DNA of 64,000 bases, from contig JAQVPJ010000008.1 in the NCBI GenBank assembly GCA_028702135.1, forward strand, positions 11,861-75,860, given 5' to 3'. The notes beneath the pieces were generated by a model. It was not told the origin of the DNA and searched no databases. It saw only the letters and a program-made list of their open reading frames with translations. Numbering within the stretch: position 1 is the first letter of the stretch; each line of letters begins with the position of its first letter. This document shows, piece after piece, positions 37,225 through 45,954 of the stretch. The translations under genes and the position numbers were made by a program. Origin of the DNA: Eubacteriales bacterium. Lineage in GTDB: Bacteria > Bacillota > Clostridia > Oscillospirales > CAG-382.

Positions 37225-38265
37225 CTAAAAGCAGCGTTCTCCAGCTTTGCGCTTCTCGCAGTTTGCACCTATATCCCCCGTTTTACACTGATAGCAAATC
37301 TCGTTAGAGAGCTTTTCGCCCGAAAAGAACTCATCAAGATTACTGATCGTTGTTTTTGCAATATTTTCAAGCGCCTCGGTGGTCAGGAACGCCTGGTGCG
37401 ATGTAATGATAACATTCGGCAGCGTGACTAATAGTGAAAGTATATCGTCCTTTACAATAGTCTGCGAAAAATCCTCATAGAAAAATTCGCTTTCCTCCTC
37501 ATAAACATCCAGCCCCGCTCCGCCGATTTTACCACTCCTCAGAGCCACAAGCAGCTGTTCTGTATCAATAAGCCGGCCTCTTGAGGTGTTGATTATATAT
37601 GCGCCGTCCTTCATCTTTTTTATAGATTCTCCATTTATAATATGGTGCGTGCTCTCCGTCAAAGGACAATGCAGAGAAACAATGTCGCTGTTTGTCAGCA
37701 GAGTGTCCAAATCGACATATTCAAGACCGCTGTCTTTGGCAGGGAACGGGTCATATGCAAGTATTTTCATGGAGATACCCCTGCAAATATCCGCAAAAAC
37801 ACGCCCGATTTTACCCGTTCCTATAATGCCTATAGTTTTTCCGTGCAGATCAAAGCCGACCAACCCGCTCAGTCGGAAATCGAAATCCCTTGTTCTGTTA
37901 TACGCCTTATGGATTTTTCTGTTCAGCGTCAGAAGAAGGGCAAGCGCATGTTCGGCGACTGCATACGGCGAATACGCCGGAACCCGCACCACCGTTATTT
38001 TTTCAAAAGCAGCGTGGAAATCCACATTGTTGTACCCCGCGCATCTGAGCGCAACAACACGAACGCCGCCCTCATAAAGTCTATCTATTGTAGCAGCGGA
38101 CAGATCGTCGTTTACGAAAGCCACAACGCCGTCAAACCCTTTTGCAAGCGAAGCTGTGTCCGCATTGAGTTTGTTATCGAAGTATTTGATCCTGTAATTT
38201 GCTCCGAACTTTTTGAAATATGGGAGATCATACGGTTTGGTGTCAAAAAAAGCGATCTTATTCAT
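37225..38265 (-). CDS. ldhA: D-lactate dehydrogenase / D-isomer-specific 2-hydroxyacid dehydrogenase with a 4-Cys C-terminal tail
   Basis: 346 aa with the NAD fold GIIGTGKIG and the catalytic R/E/H context (SRGRL...DV...TSHQAF). The extra tail is ICYQCKTGDIGANCEKRKAGERCF. A GGAGG SD lies 46 nt after the rnfB stop. Confidence 0.85.
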   Translation of the reverse strand: MNKIAFFDTKPYDLPYFKKFGANYRIKYFDNKLNADTASLAKGFDGVVAFVNDDLSAATIDRLYEGGVRVVALRCAGYNNVDFHAAFEKITVVRVPAYSPYAVAEHALALLLTLNRKIHKAYNRTRDFDFRLSGLVGFDLHGKTIGIIGTGKIGRVFADICRGISMKILAYDPFPAKDSGLEYVDLDTLLTNSDIVSLHCPLTESTHHIINGESIKKMKDGAYIINTSRGRLIDTEQLLVALRSGKIGGAGLDVYEEESEFFYEDFSQTIVKDDILSLLVTLPNVIITSHQAFLTTEALENIAKTTISNLDEFFSGEKLSNEICYQCKTGDIGANCEKRKAGERCF

Positions 38266-38311
38266 TATAAACCTCCATAATTATTACATAAAGCATATAA
38301 TATGCATAAAT

Positions 38312-39100
38312 CTAATCCAAAACGATACAGTGCAGCCTGCACACTTCCTCACACTTCCCGCAGCCGGTACATTTGCTTCTGTCGATAACAGCAAGCCCTC
38401 CATCAAAAGAAACCGCTTCGTATTCGCAAACTTTAGCGCAGAGCTTACAACCTATACAGCCAGCGGTGCATATTTTTCTTGTAATCGCACCCTTATCGGT
38501 GTTTTTACAAAGTACCAATGCTTTTTCGTCCTCGGTAATCAAGCTTATTATACGCTTGGGACAGGAATTTACACATAATCCGCAGGCAACACACCTCGAT
38601 TTTTTCACAACGGCAACACCGTTCTTTACCGAAATGGCGTTATAGTTGCAAACCTTTACACAATCCCCCAGCCCGATACATCCGAATTTACATTCGCCAT
38701 CACCGCCAAACATGGCGGAAACGCTCTTGCAGGTTTTGATTCCCTGATATGAATAATCTTTGCTTGTATGCTCTGTGCTTCCCCGGCACAATACATAAGC
38801 AATCTTTTTTTCTGATACGGTAGGTTTTGTACCTAAAATCGCACTGATTTCCGCTGCGACCTTATCTCCACCCACTGTGCAGAGATTTGTCTTTACCTTT
38901 CCCGATGCCAATGCCTCCGCATACCCTTTGCATCCCGAAAAGCTGCAGGCACCGCAGTTTGCTCCGGGGAGCACTTTTAATATCTCCTCCGCTTTTTCAT
39001 TGGTTTGCACATTCATGTAAATACCTGCGATTGCAAGACCGATGCCGCAGAGAAGCCCGATTCCGGAAACTAACAATACCGCAAAAACGATGTCGTTCAT
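38312..39100 (-). CDS. rnfB: Rnf complex subunit B (polyferredoxin)
   Basis: N-terminal TM helix, CGACSFSGC, and several CxxCxxCxxxC motifs. Confidence 0.92.
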   Translation of the reverse strand: MNDIVFAVLLVSGIGLLCGIGLAIAGIYMNVQTNEKAEEILKVLPGANCGACSFSGCKGYAEALASGKVKTNLCTVGGDKVAAEISAILGTKPTVSEKKIAYVLCRGSTEHTSKDYSYQGIKTCKSVSAMFGGDGECKFGCIGLGDCVKVCNYNAISVKNGVAVVKKSRCVACGLCVNSCPKRIISLITEDEKALVLCKNTDKGAITRKICTAGCIGCKLCAKVCEYEAVSFDGGLAVIDRSKCTGCGKCEEVCRLHCIVLD

Positions 39101-39113
39101 CTCTTCGCCTCCC

Positions 39114-39713
39114 CTACATTAACCTGTCGACGATGCCCGAGAACCCGAGAAATGACAAAGCTACAAGAGAAGCACTTACAAGCGTTATCGGTAATCCTTT
39201 TAGGAATTCCGGAACCTCGCTGTTTTCGATTCTCTCGCGGACTCCGGCAAACAGAACCATCGCCACAAGATAACCCACGCCTGCGCCGAATGCATTTACG
39301 AGAGCTTGCAGATAACCATAATCGGGACCGCTCTTTTCAATTACAAGCAGTGCTACGCCGAGTACTACGCAGTTTGTCGTAATAAGCGGAAGATATATAC
39401 CAAGTGCTTTATAGAGTGATGGTATGTATTTTTTAAGGACAATCTCCACAAGCTGAACAAGTGCTGCGATTACGAGTATAAACAGTAGCGTCTGTAGATA
39501 TTCCAGCTTGTTCGGAAGTAAGATATACATATAAATAGGATAGGTCACCGCTGTTGCAAGCACGGTTACAAAGGTGACTGCAAGACTCATTCCAAGCGCT
39601 GTGTCGAGCTTTTTCGATACGCCGAGAAAAGAGCATATTCCAAGGAATTTTGAGAGTACATAATTCTCAGTCAGTACCGCCGCAAGAAAAATTGCAATCA
39701 GGGTTTTTATCAT
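39114..39713 (-). CDS. rnfA: Rnf complex subunit A
   Basis: 199 aa polytopic membrane protein in the RnfA/NqrE family, at the expected operon position. Confidence 0.92.
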   Translation of the reverse strand: MIKTLIAIFLAAVLTENYVLSKFLGICSFLGVSKKLDTALGMSLAVTFVTVLATAVTYPIYMYILLPNKLEYLQTLLFILVIAALVQLVEIVLKKYIPSLYKALGIYLPLITTNCVVLGVALLVIEKSGPDYGYLQALVNAFGAGVGYLVAMVLFAGVRERIENSEVPEFLKGLPITLVSASLVALSFLGFSGIVDRLM

Positions 39714-40429
39714 TTGTTACCGCCTCCTTTGCACGATTCGCAAGCTTCGGGTTCTTTCGAGCCGTCAAGCTTTGAACATGACGAAGCGGACGGACAGCTC
39801 TCACAGCCGAATTCTTTTTCGCCAAGCTTTCCGTTTTGCAGTTTATTTGACAAGGCAATCAAAATTCCGAACACAAAAAACCCGCCGGCAGGAAGAATGA
39901 ATATCGTTATCGGAGTAAATATGCTCTCGGGCAGGAGGGTAATCCCGAAAACCTTCCCTGTACCTAAAAGCTCCCGTATTATGCCCATGCAGAGCATTGC
40001 CGCCGTGAAGCCCACACCCATACCCGCGCCGTCGATAGCGGAGGCGATTACGGAATTTTTGGATGCAAACATCTCCGCTCTTCCCAATATAATACAGTTG
40101 ACCACGATGAGCGGAAGGAAGATACCAAGCGCTTCGTCTATCGCGGGCAAATACGCTTTTACCAGAAGCTGAACCATAGTAACAAATCCGGCGATAAGCG
40201 TTATATATGCGGGTATACGCACAGTATCGGGTATAAATCTCCTCAAAGCGGAAATTGCCATATTAGAGCAGACGAGCACTATCGTCGCAGCTGCTCCCAT
40301 CCCAAGTGCGTTTACAGCGCCGGTTGTTACTGCAAGCGTCGGGCAGGTGCCCAAGAGCAGACACAAAACGGGGTTTTCTTTTATTATCCCCTTTGTAAAC
40401 TCATAAGAAAGAGTTTTTTTGTTATTCAT
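39710..40429 (-). CDS. rnfE: Rnf complex subunit E with a Cys-rich C-terminal extension
   Basis: RnfE/NqrD-like core (LLGTCPTLAVT). The extra tail of about 44 aa is GCESCPSASSCSKLDGSKEPEACESCKGGGNK. Confidence 0.9.
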   Translation of the reverse strand: MNNKKTLSYEFTKGIIKENPVLCLLLGTCPTLAVTTGAVNALGMGAAATIVLVCSNMAISALRRFIPDTVRIPAYITLIAGFVTMVQLLVKAYLPAIDEALGIFLPLIVVNCIILGRAEMFASKNSVIASAIDGAGMGVGFTAAMLCMGIIRELLGTGKVFGITLLPESIFTPITIFILPAGGFFVFGILIALSNKLQNGKLGEKEFGCESCPSASSCSKLDGSKEPEACESCKGGGNK

Positions 40430-40958
40430 TTTCTTCCCCTTTCTTCAAATCGTCGTGTGACTCAATCGCTTCGTTGACAGCATCCGTGACAGCGCGGGAA
40501 GATATTGTTGCACCGGTTATTCCGTCTATTTCCTCGCCAAGCGACGCTTTTTTATTCAGACCCTTATACTGCGACAAAAAATCCGAGGTGTCTGTTTTTG
40601 CGCCCATACCCGGAGTTTCCGATTGTTTTAGGATACCGACTCCGCTTACCGAGCCGTCACTTGTGAAGCCCACCATTACTTCCATATCTCCGCCGTAACC
40701 CTTTTTGACAACGGTGATAATATATCCCGCAGCTCTGCCGTCAGAGGTTCTGCCAAAAACCGTACTGTCGTTTACAACCTCAAAAGTTTCCGCCTCCGGT
40801 AAAACCTCCCTGCGTGTATCGTTTAAACCAATTTCGGCGCGTTCTTTTATTTTTTCCGCGGTAAGCGTATAGGTTGCTGCGAGCAGTGCGGTTACTATAA
40901 AGCATACAATAAACAGTCTCAACGCCGGTTTGGTGATTTCTCTTATATCAATTCTCAT
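40422..40958 (-). CDS. rnfG: Rnf complex subunit G (FMN-binding)
   Basis: The start is set at MRIDIREITK (ATG 40958, forming ATGA with the rnfD stop). One TM helix and the flavinylation motif GITGATISS. Confidence 0.88.
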   Translation of the reverse strand: MRIDIREITKPALRLFIVCFIVTALLAATYTLTAEKIKERAEIGLNDTRREVLPEAETFEVVNDSTVFGRTSDGRAAGYIITVVKKGYGGDMEVMVGFTSDGSVSGVGILKQSETPGMGAKTDTSDFLSQYKGLNKKASLGEEIDGITGATISSRAVTDAVNEAIESHDDLKKGEENE

Positions 40959-41917
40959 TTCGCAGCCATCCTTTTCGACACTCCGAAAGATTTCGGAACT
41001 GTAAGCCTGTCTATGTGAGGAGTGATTATGTTCATCAATAAAATCGCATATGAAACGCCCTCTGGTAGCGATGCAAAAACGCGGATTATTAGCGTAATAA
41101 TGCCGCATCCCACGCCAAAAATTATTTTACCCTTGTTCGTAAGCGGGCTTGTGGAGTAGTCCGTCGCCATGAAAACGGCGGCAAAAAGCACTCCGCCGCT
41201 CATTATATGAAACAGCGGATCCTCCCCTAATGCAAAGGCGAGAACAGCGACTGTGCCTATATAACAAAGCGGAACAAACGGCTTTATCACCCTGCGCACC
41301 AAAAGGTAAGCAAAACCTATTAGTATGCAGATGACACATGTCTCTCCGATGCTGCCTCTTATATTTCCAATAAATAAATCCAAATAGCTCCATTCTCCGC
41401 CAGCCAGAGGTGTTGCAGTTGTAATGGCATCAACGGAATTAGTCGCCGAACTGATGGAATCGATGATTTCATTAACGTAAGACCAGTCCGTCATCTGTGT
41501 CGGAAAGGATACAACCATTGCGACCCTTCCCGCTATCGCAGGATTGACGAAATTGTTTCCGATTCCGCCGAAGAACTGCTTTACAACCACTATCGCCACC
41601 ACACATCCGAACAGCGCAAAAAGCAGATTGATCGTTACCGGCAGCGAGAGTGCGAGCAGCGTTCCCGTTACCAAAGCGGACAGGTCGTTTATCGTATTGT
41701 TCCTTTTCATGATTTTCCGCGATACATATTCCAATATGACGCACGATATGTCGCAGAAGGCCACTATCAAAAGAGACCTGAGTCCGAAAATGACCGCTGA
41801 TGCGATAACGACCGGCACAAGTGCTATCAAAACATCCGCCATTATTTTAGCTGTGCTGTTTTTACTCCTGAAATGAGGAGAAGAGGATATATATAATTTT
41901 TCTGACATGTCTCTCAT
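40955..41917 (-). CDS. rnfD: Rnf complex subunit D
   Basis: 320 aa polytopic RnfD/NqrB family protein with a TTATPL flavinylation-site context. Confidence 0.92.
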   Translation of the reverse strand: MRDMSEKLYISSSPHFRSKNSTAKIMADVLIALVPVVIASAVIFGLRSLLIVAFCDISCVILEYVSRKIMKRNNTINDLSALVTGTLLALSLPVTINLLFALFGCVVAIVVVKQFFGGIGNNFVNPAIAGRVAMVVSFPTQMTDWSYVNEIIDSISSATNSVDAITTATPLAGGEWSYLDLFIGNIRGSIGETCVICILIGFAYLLVRRVIKPFVPLCYIGTVAVLAFALGEDPLFHIMSGGVLFAAVFMATDYSTSPLTNKGKIIFGVGCGIITLIIRVFASLPEGVSYAILLMNIITPHIDRLTVPKSFGVSKRMAAK

Positions 41918-41923
41918 AGCTCC

Positions 41924-43264
41924 TTATCTCCCTGTTTTTTCTTTAAATAGCTGCTTCCCTGTTCTGATCGACTGCAGCAGATGCCTGTGTGCGGGACATA
42001 TATAACTGCAAGAACCGCATTCTATACAAGTCATAACGTCATACTTCCTGAGCTTTTCAATATCGCAATTATCCGCTGACGCCGAAAGGCATACAGGCAT
42101 TAAGCTCATTGGGCAGTTATCGATACACCTTCCGCAGCGTATGCAGGGATCAGCTTCGGGTATTTCGGCTTCCTTTTCACCGAAGGCGAGTATTGCGTTG
42201 GTCTGCTTCAAAACCGGAAGACTGTCATCACTTAAAGCAAGCCCCATCATCGGACCGCCGTAAATTATTTTCTTGGGCGGCTCTGAGTATCCGCCGCAGA
42301 ATTCTATTATATCCTTGATTTGGGTTCCTATCGGAACTATTACTGTCTGCGGATTCTTTATCGCACTGCCGTCCAGGGTGATTCTCTTTGACACCAGCGG
42401 CATTCCGGTCTTTAAATACTGAGCTAAAAACGACACACTCGTAATGTTCATAACCACGCATCCGACATCCGACGGGAGCTTCCCGGGCGGAACCGCTCTG
42501 CCCGTACAAGCCTTTATCAGCATTTTTTCCGCTCCCTGCGGATATAGTGCTTTAAGCGTCAGTACCCTTATTTCGTCCTTATAATCATACTTTTCATTCT
42601 CAGTCATGTTTTTCAAAAGCTCGATCGCATCGGGTTTGTTGCTTTCGATTCCTATAATAACACGGCGAACTCCGAGCAGTTCCTTGACCGCATATATTCC
42701 GGACATGACCCCCCAGGAGTTCTCGACAATCTCATGGTGATCGCTGGTTATATATGGCTCACATTCGGCACCGTTTATGATAAGGGTGTCGATTTCCCTG
42801 TCAGGCGGAACTCTCAACTTTACATGAGTCGGAAATCCCGCGCCGCCGAGTCCTACAAGCCCGCTTGCGCGTACAGCACGTAAAAGTTCCTCGCTGCTTC
42901 CAACTGCGGGAGAGCTATATTCTTTATGCTCCATAAGTCCGTCCGACTCTATTACGACGGTTTCAACACTCGCCCCGTTTGGCATCAAAAGACTGCCAAT
43001 CTCTTTTACAGTCCCGGAAACCGAGGCGTGAATGGGAGCACAGACAAAAGCCTCAGAGTCACCTATAACCTCCCCGACAAGAATGCGCTGGCCGGGCTTT
43101 ACAACAGGGATACAGGGTGCGCCTATATGCTGAACCATCGGTAAAACCACCGACCTTGGAGGCGGCATTATCACAGTTTGCATAGCTGCTGTATTCTTTT
43201 TGTGGGGAACATGAATACCGCCCCTTGTTATATAGGGCTTTTTCGGTAACGCTTCTTTTTTCAT
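41924..43264 (-). CDS. rnfC: Rnf complex subunit C (NADH-binding, 2x[4Fe-4S])
   Basis: 446 aa with GLGGAGFPTH, and the clusters CIRCGRCIDNCP and CIECGSCSYICP. Confidence 0.94.
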   Translation of the reverse strand: MKKEALPKKPYITRGGIHVPHKKNTAAMQTVIMPPPRSVVLPMVQHIGAPCIPVVKPGQRILVGEVIGDSEAFVCAPIHASVSGTVKEIGSLLMPNGASVETVVIESDGLMEHKEYSSPAVGSSEELLRAVRASGLVGLGGAGFPTHVKLRVPPDREIDTLIINGAECEPYITSDHHEIVENSWGVMSGIYAVKELLGVRRVIIGIESNKPDAIELLKNMTENEKYDYKDEIRVLTLKALYPQGAEKMLIKACTGRAVPPGKLPSDVGCVVMNITSVSFLAQYLKTGMPLVSKRITLDGSAIKNPQTVIVPIGTQIKDIIEFCGGYSEPPKKIIYGGPMMGLALSDDSLPVLKQTNAILAFGEKEAEIPEADPCIRCGRCIDNCPMSLMPVCLSASADNCDIEKLRKYDVMTCIECGSCSYICPAHRHLLQSIRTGKQLFKEKTGR

Positions 43265-43761
43265 TCCGACCTCCGTGATGTGATAGATAGTGTTAAGTGC
43301 AGTATTACACCTGTAAACGTGCCTGTAACTACGGATGCAGCGATTAAAAACGGCAGATAGTACAGCACTCCTTCGTTTGTTATAATAACGGCCACCAATA
43401 ATTGCGAGCAGTTATGCGCCGCGGCTCCGAGAACACCTATACCGACAGTGCCGTATTTGCTTTTCTTACTGTTTAGCAATGCTGCCGTTATTATCGTACT
43501 CGCAGCTCCTCCGAGAAAGCTCATAAAAAATGCGGTTGCCCCTCTTGTCGCGAGCACAAAAACAGATTTTACGACAACAATTGCCAGTGCGTTGTAAACC
43601 GTAAGGGTTTTTGACGCATACATAGTAACAATGTTGGAAAGTCCTATTTTTGCACCGGGCGGCATGAACGCCGCGGCGGGCAACAGCCCCTCCACAGCCG
43701 AAACGGCAACTGCAAGTGCTGAGAGCATCGCATTTAAAGTCAGTTTATTCAGCTTCTTCAA
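43261..43761 (-). CDS. Gx transporter family protein (Hpre_diP_synt_I-like small membrane protein)
   Basis: 166 aa with 5 TM helices. The N-terminus LTLNAMLSALAVAVSAVEGLLP is typical of the family. The stop overlaps the rnfC ATG. Confidence 0.7.
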   Translation of the reverse strand: MKKLNKLTLNAMLSALAVAVSAVEGLLPAAAFMPPGAKIGLSNIVTMYASKTLTVYNALAIVVVKSVFVLATRGATAFFMSFLGGAASTIITAALLNSKKSKYGTVGIGVLGAAAHNCSQLLVAVIITNEGVLYYLPFLIAASVVTGTFTGVILHLTLSITSRRSE

Positions 43762-43791
43762 AGTTAACCCCTGTTACAGAATTTTTGGTTT

Positions 43792-44151
43792 TCAACCGGT
43801 TATTCCGTCAAACTCCCGGCCGTTCCCCTCAATACGGATACTTACCCGCTGGGGAAGACAGATTGCAATCTGACCTACCTTACTAATCCTTCCGCTGTTT
43901 ACGCATACCTTTCCGGCGCAGACCGACTCCTTAAAATATGCGCCGTTTTTGTCAACGATTATAGTCGTTCCGTTTAAATAATAAGTAAAAATTTCTTCGT
44001 CTCCGAGCCCTGTGAAATTCACCTCAGTGAACAGGTTACCGTCGTATTCTATTAGAACGGTGCTTCCTTCCTTATTGCCGCTTGCAAAGTATAAAGCCGC
44101 AGAAAACATAAGCAGACATATTATAATAATTATGTCACGCACCTTTATCAT
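43792..44151 (-). CDS. NusG domain II-containing (DUF1312) membrane-anchored protein
   Basis: 119 aa with an N-terminal TM helix and the C-terminal C..KVCVNSGRISKVGQIAICLPQRVSIRI motif. Confidence 0.7.
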   Translation of the reverse strand: MIKVRDIIIIICLLMFSAALYFASGNKEGSTVLIEYDGNLFTEVNFTGLGDEEIFTYYLNGTTIIVDKNGAYFKESVCAGKVCVNSGRISKVGQIAICLPQRVSIRIEGNGREFDGITG

Positions 44152-45152
44152 CTGTATTCCACCTCAAAGTCCTCTTTTACACTGATAAAGTTTTTTAGTC
44201 CGGAGGTTATTATGATTTTTTTGTTTTTGGTAACAAAAACAGCGTCCGCATCGTTTTTTTCAAGAAGAGGAATACTCTTTTCTGTCCCGAGAGCAAAGCA
44301 TGCGGTTGAAAGCATATCACTTAGCATTCCGTTGTTGCAAACGATACTCACGGAAATCAATTCGTTATCGACAGGATAGCCGGTCGATGTATTGAAAATG
44401 TGGTGGTACCGGACGCCGTCCGACTCGAATTGCTTTTCATAACTACCGGAGGTGGATACAAAACCGGATTTCAGTTTTATACCTGCGAATGTTTCGGCGG
44501 CATTATCTGAAAAAGGATCCCTTATCCCGACAAAAAAGTACTCACCACCTGGTTTTGTACCGTTTACGCCGATACTGCCCCCGACTGCAACTATGCCATT
44601 TACGTCCGCATCCCTCAAGGACTGTACTGCCTTATCGCAGGCGTAACCCTTTCCCAATGCTCCAAGGTCGATACTTACCCCGCCGCCGAGGGTTATTTTA
44701 TTATTTTCACCGAAATATATGTTTTCGTAGCCCGTTTTTTCAAGAGCTTCTGTTATCTGTTCAGAAGACGGCACAAAACTCTTCTGACTGTCAAAGTCCC
44801 ATAAAGCGGTCAGCGAAAGCAGGGAAATATCGAAAAAACCCTCAGAAGCACCGCAAAATTCGACAGCTTCGTACAGCATGTTGTATGTTTCTGTATCGAA
44901 TGTTGCTGTTTTTTCTTTGTTTAGCGAGTATATATAAGAATTTTCAACCCTGTGGGATATTTTTTCCTCCACATTTTTTATGTCGGTTTTAATGGTCTCT
45001 AAAAGAGTGCTGTCAACGTCATAAATTGTTACCTGAATATAAGAGCCCATAGCGTAAAATGTGTCAGTCTCTTTTTCCTGCTCGCAGCCGCAAAAAAAGA
45101 CAGTAAGAAGGAAAAACGCAAGCGTTATTATGTTTTTACCGCAACGCTTCAT
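44148..45152 (-). CDS. apbE: FAD:protein FMN transferase (ApbE) lipoprotein
   Basis: Lipobox FFCGC and ApbE motifs (DLGALGKGYA, VSTSGSYE). First gene of the rnf operon. Confidence 0.88.
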   Translation of the reverse strand: MKRCGKNIITLAFFLLTVFFCGCEQEKETDTFYAMGSYIQVTIYDVDSTLLETIKTDIKNVEEKISHRVENSYIYSLNKEKTATFDTETYNMLYEAVEFCGASEGFFDISLLSLTALWDFDSQKSFVPSSEQITEALEKTGYENIYFGENNKITLGGGVSIDLGALGKGYACDKAVQSLRDADVNGIVAVGGSIGVNGTKPGGEYFFVGIRDPFSDNAAETFAGIKLKSGFVSTSGSYEKQFESDGVRYHHIFNTSTGYPVDNELISVSIVCNNGMLSDMLSTACFALGTEKSIPLLEKNDADAVFVTKNKKIIITSGLKNFISVKEDFEVEYR

Positions 45153-45207
45153 ATTAATCCCTTTCCCTGTCAGGCACTAACAGCAAACCACTTTCACCTG
45201 TCAAGAT

Positions 45208-45236
45208 ATTTTACCACTAAAATTCATAACTTTCAA
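45208..45236 (-). promoter_or_regulatory. sigma-A promoter of the apbE-rnf-ldhA operon
   Basis: The minus strand reads TTGAAA, a 17 nt spacer ending in TGG, then TAAAAT (an extended -10). The leader of about 55 nt carries two TGACAGG direct repeats 31 nt apart (plus-strand CCTGTCA at 45166-45172 and 45197-45203). Confidence 0.55.
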
Positions 45237-45269
45237 TACAAATAGCAAAAATGATTGTTTTACCCTGTG

Positions 45270-45298
45270 TTGACATATATTTCATAATTGTTTATAGT
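45270..45298 (+). promoter_or_regulatory. sigma-A promoter upstream of the ECF-like sigma gene
   Basis: TTGACA, a 17 nt spacer, then TATAGT. The 5' UTR contains a hairpin CACCTCT, 16 nt loop, AGAGGTG (45339-45368) just before the GGGGG SD. Confidence 0.55.
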
Positions 45299-45387
45299 AA
45301 AAACAATATATATTTATTAAAATATATGTCACATTTTGCACCTCTCGATTGTTGTATTAGTAGAGGTGAAAACGGGGGTAACCGCAA

Positions 45388-45954
45388 ATGGGGGATAAAC
45401 TATTTGTAAATGACATTTGCGAACAGTCGATTATAAAAATATCGGAGGGTGATATAAGTGCCCTTTCTGTAATTTACGACTGTGTCGGCAGATTAATTTT
45501 TACGGTAGCATTTTCCATATTAGACGATTATCAGTTGTCTCAGGATATTATGCAGGACACTTTTATCCAAATTGCAGACAAAGCCCACACCTATCAAAAG
45601 GGTACTAATGCAAGGGCGTGGATAGTTTCCATAAGCCGGAATTTAGCATTAAACGCACTAAAAAGCAAAAAGCGTGAGGTTCAGACTGATATTAATCCAA
45701 ACAATGCCTATTCCGTATTATCCGAGGATAAGCTAATCGCATCAATTGCTGTATCCGACGCACTTACTTGCTTGACAACACAGGAAAAGGAACTTGTTGT
45801 ATATAAAACCATGAGCAATTTGCCACACAAACAGATTGCTCAGATAATGGGGATTACTACTGCAAATTCAAGACAAAAATACAAAAGAGCAATAGAGAAG
45901 CTTCGGAACTTCTATCTTTCAGAAGGAGGAGTTACTAATGTTCAAAAAAAGTAG
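45388..45954 (+). CDS. ECF-type sigma-70 family RNA polymerase sigma factor
   Basis: 188 aa with region 2 (DIMQDTFIQIADKAHTYQKGTNARAWIVSISRNLALNALK) and a region 4 HTH (LPHKQIAQIMGITTANSRQKYKRAIEKLR). Confidence 0.88.
   Translation: MGDKLFVNDICEQSIIKISEGDISALSVIYDCVGRLIFTVAFSILDDYQLSQDIMQDTFIQIADKAHTYQKGTNARAWIVSISRNLALNALKSKKREVQTDINPNNAYSVLSEDKLIASIAVSDALTCLTTQEKELVVYKTMSNLPHKQIAQIMGITTANSRQKYKRAIEKLRNFYLSEGGVTNVQKK

Noticed and set aside
40959-41108. The track ORF extends rnfG by 50 codons, overlapping rnfD by 154 nt.
   Set aside because: The internal ATG at 40958 gives the usual ATGA coupling with the rnfD stop and starts right before the RnfG TM helix. The extension has no RnfG-like sequence.
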